64,000 bases of DNA from Iphione sp. A-MEVVRFRX5 (taxonomy: Eukaryota): positions 89,280,001-89,344,000 of the forward strand of contig OZ320316.1 in NCBI GenBank assembly GCA_976226885.1. Reading direction: 5' to 3'. Under the pieces are notes generated by a model. It saw only the letters and a list, made by a program, of their open reading frames with translations. It made no database searches and had not been told where the DNA came from. A program made the translations under genes and the position numbers. Positions 50,601-64,000 of the stretch are shown here, piece by piece (within the stretch, counting starts at the first letter, position 1; the number at the start of each line of letters is the position of its first letter).

Positions 50601-52630
50601 GTAGTGTGTGATGGGGGCATATTGACCGGCATTGGAGGTAAGGACCTGTTTGGCACATTCGTTCACTTATTAGCATTCATTCATGCCAGCATTGTTTGAA
50701 AGCTTCAACACCAGGGCTGAGGAGAATTTCAATTTCTTCGGTTTAATTGTGCAAATGTGCTTGACGTCGATGGGGCTAAGGATACAGACTCATGAATGTA
50801 AGGGATAGAGATGCATCAAGCCGTGAACCAGCCAGTCTGGCATGAAATCATTGAAAACATGTGACAGCTGCTATTGTCATGAGCATTGATTCTAATTCCA
50901 CCTAGAGAAACATATACTTTCCATTTGTATATTAGCGGTTCGTCTTTACGATGGAACTGTTCACGCGGGGAGGAATGCCGCATTTCAACACAGAACCCTG
51001 TTTGAGATGATCCACCTCTCTCCTTTTTACAATGAACAACGTAGTCCTTTGAAACTCTATTTCTGTATTCCCTTTAAAAGAAGAATTCTCCAGTGAATGA
51101 AATTCTCCGTGGGCAACGTTAGGCATTTTAATGATCTCGCTAGAAAGGCAGTAAGGGCTTGCCTAATTTCTCCCATGAATAGCAGTCAACAGGCGGGTGC
51201 TTGGCTGACCTCTTCACGTCTCTACCCAGAGTAGACTATGAATTTTATGAGAGTGCTTCGGCCGTCAGGAAGGCCATGTTCATGGTGCTCCGTTAGTAAA
51301 TACGCACGCCGGATTTATGCAGGGACTCTACAGCAATAAAACGCTTCACACGGGAAATATCTTTTCTGTGTGCTTGATTCTTCTTGTTTAAGTGCTAAAC
51401 AGAATCTCGAGTAGGGCCATTTCGTAGGGGAACGTTAGACGGTGGTCAATATTTTTGCTGGGCGAAGAAGAAAGTACAGAAATCGAGTCACACGAAGGTA
51501 CTATCAACAGCCAAACGAGAAGAATTCTCTGTATTTCTGTCGGATATGAGCAGTCATGGCTGTAATAAATTCTATACCGTTAATGTTTTTCAAGTAAAAT
51601 CGTCCTAAAAATACCGACCAAAGCTACAGGGAAGTGTAATATCCAATTCACTTAGCTACAAAGTGACGAAAAAATGACTCAACTGAAACATTATTCCAAG
51701 TTGGGAACGATCAGCGTTTCCTCTGACCGAAAGAGCCTGGGCAATCTTTTTTTTTGGCAAATGGACAAAAAACACCTGAAAGTCCCACCAGTAAATCAAA
51801 ACCTTGCATCCATAATTCGTGAAAAGCAAACAGTGATGACAAACAAAGAACTAAACCATAACGCAGGTGCTTGTTGCTCACTTAGGATAATACGTATAGT
51901 CACAATACACATGGTTCTGAAGAGAGATCCATAAGTATACAACAAACAGGTCTATTGGCCACATTGTAAATTTATAAAGAGCAAGCGACGCAAATATAGT
52001 GTGTCGGTACAGGAACGAACACCCTGCACATTATATGCATATTTTCTGTTGGATTAACATGAATCTGGTGTTGTTAGTGGACCCTCAACTTGTGTTATAT
52101 ACATCATCAATGGCAAAATGTTGGAACAGTCCTACACACTGGGAGCTATGACTGCTTTTGTCCTAGATTCTAACGTGTACGTACAAGGGTGGAGAAAACG
52201 TTCGTGTGTTTCTAAAGTAGACAACATTGAAAAAAGAGAGGAATTAAATATGATACAACGTAGAACCTCTTGGCCGGAAAACCATTTCTAGAGTGGGCGA
52301 CCTTCTGTCAGCAAAGCCTTTATGAATAATTAGTTCCCCCCAAACAGTGACTTGGGGCAGAAACCATCCAGGGCGTAGAGGGACAGAGTTTCTTTGTTAG
52401 CTGCTCATCTTATGACGCGAAGAGGCATTCATAAAAAGAAAATGTTTTTCTTATGTAGAACCGTGGCAACGTGTTGGGTGGGAAAATAACGGTGTTCAAG
52501 AATCATCCCTACCCACCACGTGTGTTGCTGATGAGAGCTGTACCTACATGTATATTAAGATGAAGCATCTAAATTTGTTGTTATTTTTATTTTTTATGGT
52601 TATAGCATTTGAATTATCTCCCACCTCTTA

Positions 52631-53181
52631 GACCCGGTTTCCATGTGTCCGGATTTTTTTCCATAATAAAAATAATCTGGAAGATTTGGCCAATACTAAC
52701 GACAAACGCAGAAGGCCATGGATGCCTGGTTTTCATGTGTCCAGGCCCAGGGAGGCCGAGAGACTGAGGAGAGGCTAGGGAGAGTCAAAAATACAGTCCT
52801 CTCCTGCCTGCAGTCTCTTTTCTCTATGTATACGCGTGTGTGAGTCTGTGTTGTATGTATGCATATATCATGTGTTTTTGTGCCGATCGCAAGAGATTCT
52901 GTCCAGAAATGTCAATACTAATTGTCTTTTATGCCGATCACCAGAATTAACATAAACTAACATATATTAGACAGTGTTCCTCTTTCTTTAAACACTCATT
53001 TCCCTACCCTCCTTATCTGTGCGTGTCCATAGTACAGAGATTGGCAGTGGACTGTTGTCAAGCTATGGACACCTCTGGACTACGTACCCCTGACTATGGA
53101 TCCGGCATATTGAATAGCACAAGCTGTTCTGTCTGATGGAGACATAGTCTGGAAAAAAGCTGGACACATGGAAACTAAGCC
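52631..53181. mobile_element. PIF/Harbinger-type MITE, 551 bp
   Basis: Imperfect TIR: left GACCCGGTTTCCATGTGTCCGGATTTTTTTCCA versus right (reverse complement) GGCTTAGTTTCCATGTGTCCAGCTTTTTTCCA. TTA duplicated at 52628-52630 and 53182-53184. An internal TIR-like copy lies near 52728-52745. Confidence 0.7.
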
Positions 53182-56100
53182 TTACTGTCGGTCATCGATT
53201 AAACTTAAAATCATCAAAATCACTAATTTTTGACCGAAATAGTGGAGATTTCGATGTAGGTAAAAACCCGAAATTATTTAAAACAATGGTCTGACAATGA
53301 CTACTTTCAACGACAGTTATATAATGCTGCCTTCTCGCTAATTAGGTCTCCTGAAGAATGATACCTGATAAAATATATCTTTTCCGTGTTGCCCGTTAAT
53401 GGCACATAACTTCTAAAGTTGTACTGTGATATATTTGATGACTCCGTTCAATGTAGCTGGTAACTGATTTTGACCGTTTCTTTTAAGATAACTTCCTCCT
53501 CAGACCACAGTTTGAGAGCATGTGAGGTCCACTGTAGAGAGGAAATAGCTTAGAAATGAAGTCGTTGCCTAATAGCATAAATCCATTATGGGGTCCATTC
53601 CCATCACAAACAGTGCATTGCCACTACAAACAAATCATTCCTGGCAGATTATTGACTGTCCGTGAGAAGTTGTAAATCGACGGTGACACATTTTGTGTCA
53701 CTTCCAAAGCTATCTGCAACGAAATCAGCCGCAGGGTGAAGGCTAGTTTTTCTCCACGCCCTAACCTTTGGTACCATGATATTATGGCGCTTATTGATTA
53801 GACACATGTTTCCAAGGCCGCCGGCCATTTTGGATCAATCTTACCAAGTAGCAGTAGACGCCATTGCCTACCGCGGCCACCCTTCGTTCGAAGTACTTGA
53901 AGAGCTGAGGATAATCTTGCCCTTGGGTTCCGGCTTCCTCATTGCCTCGTGAAGCCGACGCCCTCCTGTTTTGTTTAGGTCATTAAGTGGCAGATCGTAT
54001 TTATTACCGCCTTAATTATGATATGGCTGCTGATGACACTCCTGATGGTATGTGGGGTGGGGACCTGCTTATCCATCTTCCTTACGGTCTTCCCCCTGCA
54101 GCCCATCCATCAGCGGGTGCCTCGCTATCTCACTCACCTCTCCCGGCACTATCCTCATTGTCGCGCAGTTCACACCTTTCTCTTAGCTCCCGCTGCAGCC
54201 TGCCTTGTTTGTGGTCTGGTGCTGTAACAATTCATCACCATCAGTGTTGGTCACCCATGCCAAGTGAGGTCGTCCTGTGCTTTTTTCACCATCAAAGCTA
54301 AGCCAATGATATATCTCTAATAGGTCATCACTTCTTCCTGCGATCCGTGCAGACGGTAGATGAAATCACTGACTGATGCGAACTAGTAGGTTGCACGGCA
54401 CATGCCGATTGCATTTGTTCATCCCACTCCATTGTTCCACACAACTTACTCCTACTCAATATGATTTAATTTGTATAGATAATTCTCTCCCGCGCGTTCC
54501 ATTTTTATGCTTGGCATATTCTTCCACAATTACAACAGACCACCTTTCTTGAGTCCCTCTCCCAGCTAAATGCCATTAAAGAATTATATCACCGCAGCAT
54601 TTAGTTCGTCCAATGACATTGAAGCTTTTAGAAACAAAGTAACTTGCCTAATATTTATTTGGCTCTCATGTTTTTTATATCGTAGGTTGGAAATTCCGTG
54701 TTCTTAGATGAAGCACTCTATCCAAAAAGCAATATTAATACAGTATCTCCGCCTAACTGTAGAGGCCAAACCCACTCCTAACTATTTATTTCATCATCAG
54801 TATTAAACCTACATTTTCCGGACTATCTTGCGCGAAGCACCTAATACACACCTTTACATATTTCAGCTGGTCTTCTCTTTGAACATGGGCATTCATATTA
54901 ACGACGATCGAGGATGTATAATTTTACCATTTCCGAGAATGGTTACGTGTTAGCCCCGACCTCTTCCTAAAGCGAAACCACATTACCATAGTTCTATATT
55001 GTGCTCTGACTATCGAGGAAAGCCTTCTACCGAAATAACAACCCATCGTGGTATTGTTAACTGATGCCCGCCGTCGCTCTCACACCTACAAATCATCGCT
55101 AGCCCCTAACCTAGCTGCACTTTGCTATGAGCACCTCTGATACAGGCCATCACAAATTGAGGTGCATAATACATGGTTGTATTAGCTATATCACACCTAT
55201 GCTGCCTGGGCCAAGTTCATGCTTATGATTAAGTAATAATATACTGTTACACACCTACTATTACCAGCACTTGATTTAACTGAAAACGTAGCGCCTGAAA
55301 TGCATGAGGACAGACATTAATACATAGCGGTCAAAGGTAGAGAGACTATTCTGTTTAAATGATGGAATTTATTCATCAGCATAACCACAAAGCAGCTTCG
55401 CTCGTGTAGTGTGCTATCACGTTTCAGGCGAGTTGACGACAATTAAACGTGGAGTAGGTGATAAATGTAGAATCGTTACGACCTGGTTGAGATGGATAGA
55501 GAATGAAATGCAATGCGTAGGTGTTATTCAGAAAAAACAGAATTGCATTTAGAGAATCATTGTCGATAAAGGTCAATAGGTAATAAAGAGCTCCGTTGAT
55601 GCTCCAGTGAGTACGTTGCGATATAAACTTTCAAGGCTACAAGGTTCGATGATGAACCCCACGGAAATCAAGATGTCCGATAAAATATGTCACTTCCGCC
55701 TGTGGCCGTTGCTAAACGTACTTCGAAGCTTAAATCCCAAGATGATTCCTGTGCTACGTTCTGTTTAAGGGGATAAAAGTTGCAATAAGCCAAAATCGTG
55801 ACTACCCCTTTGGCTTAGTTGATACTTCATCGCCATTAGAACATGCAATATCATGATTAAAAGGTCTGAGACAAAATCTACCAGAAGTTGCGTCAGTTAG
55901 CGTTCCACAAATTACAAGCTGCTGCTGGTGATCCCATAGTGTCTCATGCCTTTTTCAGTTTTCGTGTCTTATAGTTGTATTCACCGTGAACAAAGCGGCC
56001 TAAATTGGGCCATTTCAGCTCGGTCGATTGTAGGCATCGTGCGGCCTTGCAAGTCTTGGGGCAACCCTCCGGTCCAGTACATGCAGTATGCTTCGTTATC

Positions 56101-58388
56101 CGTGCGAATTTTGTTTGCTTTCATGAGAGGATATTGATCTAGTTGGCGCACAAATGCCTCATCATGGAGGATGGCACCCAAGAGCGAATATGGATTGAAT
56201 AAATGCCAGATCTTTTCTTCCACAGCGACTACTGTCTCACTCCTTTTTCCCAAATGGCCTGCCAGCTGAGTTACCATAAACATTTGTTTAGAGGTGTATT
56301 TTTTTATCCGTTTCAATCATTTTAGCTGTCAAGCGCCTACTTTTGGTCCCAAGGCATTTCATAAAAGCGCCCTATTTGTGTTGATCTATTTAGGTTCACA
56401 TCTGCAGGGTGGCTTTACTTAAAAAGATTCCCTTTTTAAAACATCAAGTTCAAGATTAATATTTTTTAAATCATACGTTGATTATAACAGAAGCAGTATT
56501 GGTAAGGGCAGGCCTTCCCGGACGGGGATTACTTTTCACAGATTCTTGGAACATAAATTTATTTGTAAATATCATTAAATTGTCCAGTATGCTATTCTTA
56601 TTTATGAGGCATACGATTTAAGCCTGCAATAGATGTCTCTGACCCATGTAATCCGGAAGCTTTTCATGGCCCAGCTTCCTGGGCACCACGAAAAGAGAAG
56701 AGACCGTGTAGACATTGACTCCTCCCAATCCGATGTTTAACCTTATGCATCACCTCATCAGCTACACATGGCAGTAATGACAGAGTCGCCTCTGATTCAT
56801 GACAAGAATAAAGTGGAGGACGGCCACACCCAGTCCGGCTCCTTCTCCATGCCTACAGGTCAAGGGTGCAGCAATGGTGATGGAATGACTTTTAATTGCT
56901 TTTCCTTATTAGGCATTGGAGCCCACTGGTGCGAGGTCTCACGCGCCAAAACACGGGTGTCCTAGACTATATTATAGCCTGTCATATCACAGGGAGGTAC
57001 TTGTGATTTGCAGCGGATATTGGGGACCGTGGAAGCTATCACTTAGTGCCGGAGGGGCAGCGAGCTGGGCCAGAAACACAGGCAATCTGTGCCCTTTAAA
57101 GCCAGGCTGGGGAAAATTCCCACGAGACACCTGCTCGTTGTGCGCTGCCTTGCGTCCTACGAGCCTCTCTTGCCAATTATATTTTATTACACGAGCGGTC
57201 AGCACCATAGGCGAGAACCAGACAATTCACGTGTTGTACGTTGGCTTTTCTGTCCACGAGATCTAGCACCCTTGAGAGGAAGCCGATGTAGTCGGCAAAA
57301 AGGTGTGTGGGCATCTTGGGTAGCCTCTGATTGCTTTAACCATCGCCTCAGTTGTCGATGATGTAGAATTCTTTTCCTTAAAAAACGCTGCTACTTGATG
57401 ATTATGGATCGCAGGATAACACAAAGACGACAGGGAAATGATTGAATAGACTGTCGAAAAGTAGTGGAGATATGCTGAGTGGTCACGGCCTATGCTCACT
57501 TGATCTGTACGGCCATCTGCCCCTTTAAAGGGGGGTTATCTAGAGAGAGTAGTGGTCCCTAAGCCAACTTACAACAACTACTGATGGATGGGCATTCATC
57601 CCGGCCTATACCGGCGGAGTGTATCTATAAAAGACAGGAACTTTCGGTGCAACTTTCATACCGGAGCTCTTCTGTTGGCGTTTCGGCCTAGGGATCCATA
57701 GGACATCGACGGGAATGCCTTCTGGTAATTGTGCATCGCATGCAAGCCTGTACTTTACAGCACCAGAGCTTGATGTTATGCCTTTGCTGGATATATGCCC
57801 TAGTCTTCAATACCATGGCTGTCTCATAACATCGGTGATATTATTTAGTATGAGATTTATTTTTATTATTTAGTTCCTTACTGGAGATTGAATAATCTGG
57901 GGGCTGACATCTTCTCATGAAAGAGCAGCATGGGAACCGAGAGCATTGTCTGAACCGAGTATCTGCAATATTTGTTATTTCCGTTGGAATTCCATAAACC
58001 TTTGTCACAGAATGGCTGAAGACCCCTCGGTGAAAATAACAAGGATATCATTTATTCATGATGATAAAGTACTTCCGGAATCAAGAATCAGACCACAATA
58101 CACGTTCGTGAAGAGCGACCGAAGTTCAGTGGTACAAATAGAATTACTCAATCTTTATTTAAGAAGTCCGGAAGTGAAAATACATTAACAGCCAACACTA
58201 AACCCAACGTTGACTGATTGCAAGCCCTTGTTACGATATTCAATTCCATAAAACGAATTTTATAGTAAAATCGATTGTTTCGTCCACATATTTATCTAAA
58301 GCAGCTGATCAACGCTCTAATTAGCGTTTACACGTGATTTGGACGAACTTCTCGCCTGTGCAACACTGCCTCGATATAATGTAGTATG

Positions 58389-58444
58389 CAGTGGAAACTC
58401 TATTTAAGACCACTCCAATTTGCGACCAAACTCAATTTAAGACC
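58389..58444 (+). mobile_element. Solo left end of a MITE related to the 9629-10395 family
   Basis: CAGTGGAAACTCTATTTAAGACCACTCCAATTTGCGACCAAACTCAATTTAAGACC parallels CAGGAGAAACTCACTTTGCGACCTCCTCACTTTGCGACCAAATCGACTATTGCGACC. No convincing right end was found. Confidence 0.45.
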
Positions 58445-61400
58445 ATGGGAACAAAGGTATTGTAGTGTCTATAGGTGCCTGTATATATGTGTGTGTGTCT
58501 GTTAATATCACTCCTTTGCCACACCATGGATAGTTTTGTTGTGTGCTGCGCACTAATATTGTAAGATTGCTGTATACTAGGATAATCTGAACACAGTGCT
58601 CACAAAGGGTGCCACTTGGTCTTTTTATTGAATTATTTTTTACGGGGTATTGTTTTGCTGGCACATGTCTCCACGGAGCGATCGGGAGACCCAGTTCAGC
58701 AATGACCTTTACTAGCTAGACCTTTGTCCTAGACCTTTGTCCTTCTAGCACTCTCTGTGACCTTCTCTGCCTAACTCAGTGAGCGTTTTTTAACGCTTCT
58801 CAATAAGGCATCACTGCATACCGCTGGCTGTGTGTTGTACTCTTTACCGGTATGCCTTGAAATTGAAATCACGGTAACAGGCAAGTAATTCGATGCGCTG
58901 CCTCCTCACAGTCTTGGAGATGAAATGGCCGCCAGCATTATGTCCACTTTCGAAGAACAATGATCAAGATAATGGGGTCGAAATTGCATCTACACCCAGA
59001 AGACAAAACTCAGGTTAACAGTGGAATTGGGTGATCAGGGCGGGCACATGGCCAGGCCGATTAAATCGAGGATATGTGAACACTTTGTCTATAAACCTAT
59101 GTTTTTCCTTATAAAAGGAGCCGCTTTTTTAAATATGGTGGACGGGGGATGCATTGGACTCCAGCTTTTAGTTTTCAAAACGTGATCAGAAGATCTATTG
59201 CAGAATTACATTCCTTTAAATTAATCCGGTATGCGACAAAGTGTAAGACCGTGCAGAATCATTCAAAGGGGGCGAATAGTGTAATTAGATCAATGGGACA
59301 GGCAAACAGAATACTCTGATGCAAATTCGAATTGATTCAATCACCAAAAAAGGACGTGTGATAGTCGGATTAATGCGATGTAATCCAAGGGCGAACTGGA
59401 TCCTCGTACTTCACCTTCCTCAGAAGTCAGTCAACGTCTTTTCTCCTGGTGCAGTGACTGTCAGATGGTTTACTCCTTTGCCGTGTGGTTTTCCTTCACG
59501 TTGACACAAATGCGGGAAGACATTCATTTTACTCATGCTTTCAAAGAAGCCTTCTACAAAAGCTCTCATCATATATGTGCCAAGAGAAGGGAAAAACGTC
59601 AGCTTTATCACGCTAGACGAATCACTGTCGGTCGACAAACTTGAAGCCCTGCTCGTGATTATCGCTTAGGGAAGGCATACTGGAGCGTTTATTCTCCCTT
59701 TCTAAAAACGAAAGTCGTTTCAAAAGTTCGCCTGAGTTTTTTAAAATCAATTTTGGAATCGATAGTTTCTTGCCTGTGCCCCAATGTCTCTGATCATGGG
59801 AGTCGTGTGGTGATTGAGTCCGTTCACCTAGAGAATTCCTTTAATGTAATATGATGGTGTATAGATTTGGCTTCTGACCGACAGTCTGAAGCCAACTGTT
59901 CCACGGGTCCATGCATACTTGCAGCGCCTTGAAAGGTTAATACATCTCCCTTTATGTTTTCATACTTTGTAAAGCCCACATCGGTTCACTGCATCTTTCT
60001 TAATGTAATTAATGGTATTTTTAGTTCCCAGTCTGTGAGTGTTTACTATCGCGGGTACATTTCCAAAGACTAAAAGAATAACCGTTAGTGCCATATCTCA
60101 CAGAGAGAAATAGCTTCATTGAAGGCAGGAGATAGTGTATATGTGCTGCAGTGATTTCAAGAATTCCTAACGGAACCTATCGATTGTAAGATACGCCAAT
60201 GCCACCTATTTCAAGCGACTGCATATTGACAGGCGTATGCACTGGCTGACCTGTTCATGGCTGGGTTGGCAGGCTGTGGTTGAGCCTCACCGACAAACTT
60301 TAGTTGGCTATTAATTAATATTATATGCCATTCCCATTGTTCAGATTCAACTTGTTGTGCATGTTGTGAAGAGATGTGCTCTCCGGCCAGGAGTGATTAC
60401 CATTATACCGTGATGTCGGCCTGGTGAGTCAATCCAAATAGGGCGGGCCCAGAGACTGAATCTTTAATGCCCGGGAGCATCAAAGCTGGATTCCGCACTC
60501 CAAAGATTTCCTTATTGAGGCTCCGCATGTTACATTCTGCCGGGATGCCCCTTTACAGGCAGTAATTCTTTTTTATTTATTATGTTCTCTATCATGTATG
60601 TATACAACTAGTTTGCCTCAATCAACAAGACCAGGAGTCTCATGAATGGATCGTAAAATGAGTAAGGTATCATGTATATATTACAAGCAACTTTTAACAT
60701 TTAAAGATAGTTTGACAGGAAGAGTTATATGTTTCAATTTCGGTAGAGAGGAATCGGTGTAGAATTACTCTGGGTGAGGCCAATCAATCTCCGGGGCCAG
60801 GGAACTGTGTGACCAGGTGACTTCTATAACGACATAAACCTGTCAAACGGCATGTGCTTTATTCATCGACGGACAACTGACTGCCCAACGGAGTTGAGAC
60901 GGTCGTAGGCGGTCGTCAGAAATCGTTTCGGTGTAGGGGCGTAGGCCGGGGGCGATTTCAGACATGATCGAGGAGAGCCGATGGAACCAAACGCCAGACA
61001 CTTCATCCGCCGGCTTTGTCTAATCAGACACTGACTTGTTTTACTGCCTGCATCCGTGGGTGGTGCGACGTATTGGATTGCACATTTAGATAAATTCGGA
61101 AGCCTTCGATCCGAGAGAAGATGCATTCCGTTAGGGAACTGCCACATCGAGACACGGCACAGTTCAATGATTCCTCCTAACACTAGACCACATTTGGAAA
61201 ATAAATAAAAATAGTTGGCTTTATCTACATGTATATGTTCCACAAAAGTAGGTGTCACTCATACACCCTGACAAGGGTTTGCATGTCTTAATCTAGCCAG
61301 AGGTGGAAACTCAAGATGTATTATACTGAATACATGAAGAATGGGTCAGAGAAGCGAATTTCAGAGCTTTGACCTCACTAAGTGCAAACAGGAAACTCTA

Positions 61401-64000
61401 AAAGGGTGCGTCATTTAGACGGTCCTGGACATTCCTCTCATTTGTTCCGAACACACCTCCCCTGTGGTCAGTGACTCTAGGCAATATTACCTGACATCAT
61501 ACTGTTCCTGAATAATTCAACCCCGTAACTGCGCTATAGGCCGCGGCTAGTCCGGATCCAGTTGGAGTAGACATTGCGGCTAAATAGGTTATGGTTCACA
61601 ATAGGAAACTGCTCGCTTTGGTGCTGTTGAGGTTGTCACGGTATCATCTACCAGCCGCTACTGAAGGCCTCTAGATACCATGGCAAGTCGTGCCTCTGTA
61701 TCGGCATGCGCCTTTCATGATATGTCGGTCTGCAGCAGTGTACAGATGCGCTATAGGTATTAAGGTACATGATTGTAGAACGTGCACTGATCACAAAGAA
61801 GCGATCTGCCCCAAGGAAACCATCTTATACAATACGCATGATGACAGTGGAATAAAGCTATGAGGACTCACTCTGTTTTCATGGCTTTATCCAGAATCAT
61901 GAAGGACTGAACAGTGATTTTTTAAAAAACCTACTGCTACAAATCGATGCCTCTCTTTTCGTCTGAGACGTTGCCTACGCTTGCAGATATGCGCGTCCAG
62001 AATACGCATGTATGTACCCGCACATATACTCCGGAATTTTATATCACGCTCCTGCTCCAATGAAAATAATAAGAATACATATAACTCAACTAGCTTTATC
62101 CACAGGGAAGTACAAGAGGTTGTCGTATATTATTTGTTATTATTTGTTATGTGTGTATACCAGCCACATCTTAGAATAAAAGCAAGAACACTGTTGTTTC
62201 AATGATTGCATTTCATGGGACGTTATTCTCGAATAGACATGGTATTCAGGTTTCCGATTCGATTAGCGCAAAATACCAGGTCAGGAAACAAAAGGAAAGA
62301 ACGTCCAATGATATAACAAGCTCAAATAAATTTTTCTAAATTGACCATAATACTAGGGCGTACACACATGCAAATGATCGTCCTGACGAAAACCAATTCA
62401 AATTCAAACCAAGCAAAATTTAGCCTTTAAATATACTTCGGCCGGCACGTTCTTTGCAGGTCAGGCAATCGTGCCGTTCTGTAAGCCACGCAAGCAGTGT
62501 CCGTATCAATAAAAGATGGCACTTCCCTAAGCCACAGCGTTGCGACGAATAGGTGCAGACGGCCGACCACCAGCACGGTCCCCCTACCTGCATGGATTCC
62601 CTACCCTAGAGACAGAACAAAAGTACCCTTGCTTTACAAAACTCTACTGCTGCACACCTGGTTGCAGTTCGTTCGGATCGTTTATGAAACACATTTACCA
62701 ATACTTGCGCTGTGTTCGAAATACTTAACATTAATATCACCTTACTGGGACGAAACCCGTGATGCAGAAAACCACCATCATTCAGAAAGAGGCTACAGAA
62801 ATGGGCTCACACGCCGTAACGTACAAACGAGTTTTTATGATCGGGGGTGATCAATTAGTGGAAAACTATGGTGTGTGATGGTGTGTGTTAAGTTGGGTGG
62901 GAGTGGCCGAGATCAGGCCACGGGTTGCATGGCTAAGTTCACAGCCCGCCGCTGCCGCTTCGATCGGCCTCGGTGCGGGATGCGTAGATTAATTAGATCT
63001 GAGCCGGCGGCGAAGGCATCGGTGAGGAAACAGGTGCCAAGCAGCCTGATCCGATGGCGTTCGCACCTCGGGCCTGGGCTATTTGCCGCGTGCCCTGTGC
63101 CCGGCCCTGCCCGTGCTTGGCCAGAAGGAAGCCGAGACTCAGATGTGCCTCCCACTGCCCTGATCACACCTACATCAGCTGCACGCAGCCAACTGCTGCT
63201 ATCAAGACAGACAGATCACTACACACCGCGGGCAAAAAAAGCTGCCAAGGTGAAAAGGTTACTCATAATGAACTAAGCATGAAGAGGGACCTCTTCATCG
63301 ACTGGAAATGTATATACATATCGCCTAAGTTGAGCCTTTTGTCTGTGTGGGATATCTTGTGATTGCTGATTTATTTAAAAGGCGGACAGGCCTTGAAAAT
63401 GTTTTTAACATGAGTGTATAAGCAATATAATACCCCTTCTTCATTTTCACCTGCATGGCGGCTGATCAATGCAGACTGCTTCGGGTAACAAATATCGGGG
63501 AGGATGGCCTGGGTGTAATTGGTGAGATTAATAAATGCCTGGCTACACATTTATCATCAATGCTTTATTCCCTGTTGCGGTGTTTCATTTTGTCATTCAC
63601 ACGTTGTATAAACGGTGAGCATGGTGTAAGGGGTACACTAATGTACTTTATGATGTTGATCCAAACCGTCCCTTGTCTCGGGTAACTATTTATTATGATG
63701 CTCTCAATATGGGAGCAGGATATTAACCTGACTTAATGAATAATGGAAGCAGCTGAACTTTTTGTAATCTTCTAAACATCCGTATTAAGGGCGGGGATAT
63801 AAATAGGCACACTACAAGGAAGACAACCCTAGGCTATCAATACATGCAGTGGGAGATCCGCCGCTGGGTTTGTTTCTCATGTTTTCATGATGTGTGAGAT
63901 AGTCTCCCACAAAACTGGTATGCCAATTCTCTTAAGGATGGGGATGTTATATACATGTACAGTAAATGTAGCACGTTTGATGACAGTAGTACAAGAGGGG

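Noticed and set aside
34357-64000. Tandem protocadherin cluster with additional variable exons
   Set aside because: No second cadherin-repeat ORF or DxNDN motif in the ORF track on either side of the gene.

Overview
This is gene-poor eukaryotic DNA from an invertebrate animal, probably a spiralian judging by the protocadherin style. The only host gene I can support is a protocadherin: one large + strand exon (31627-34347) encoding a signal peptide, seven cadherin repeats, a TM helix and the start of the cytoplasmic tail. Its downstream exons were not recognised in the window. The most informative feature is a structurally complete Ngaro-type tyrosine-recombinase (YR) retrotransposon on the - strand (3141-7288), with identical split direct repeats (A1-gag-RT/RNaseH-YR-B1-A2-spacer-B2). 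In it, gag and pol are in the same frame, separated only by a UGA in the leaky UGA-CUAG context. The element sits in an (AT)n microsatellite whose ATAT matches the core of its own B1/A2 junction. The only poly(A)-type signal next to a B repeat lies in the unique spacer just before B2. This copy also carries one nonsense codon in pol and one frameshift in YR. Other features are a decayed CR1/L2-group LINE split next to its YxDD motif by a TA-flanked Tc1/mariner-type MITE, a PIF/Harbinger-type MITE, a tRNA-derived SINE, a 136-bp palindrome next to a 29-copy 43-bp minisatellite, and a roughly tenfold excess of the 8-mer TACATGTA. All calls are from motif recognition by eye; no database searches were run.
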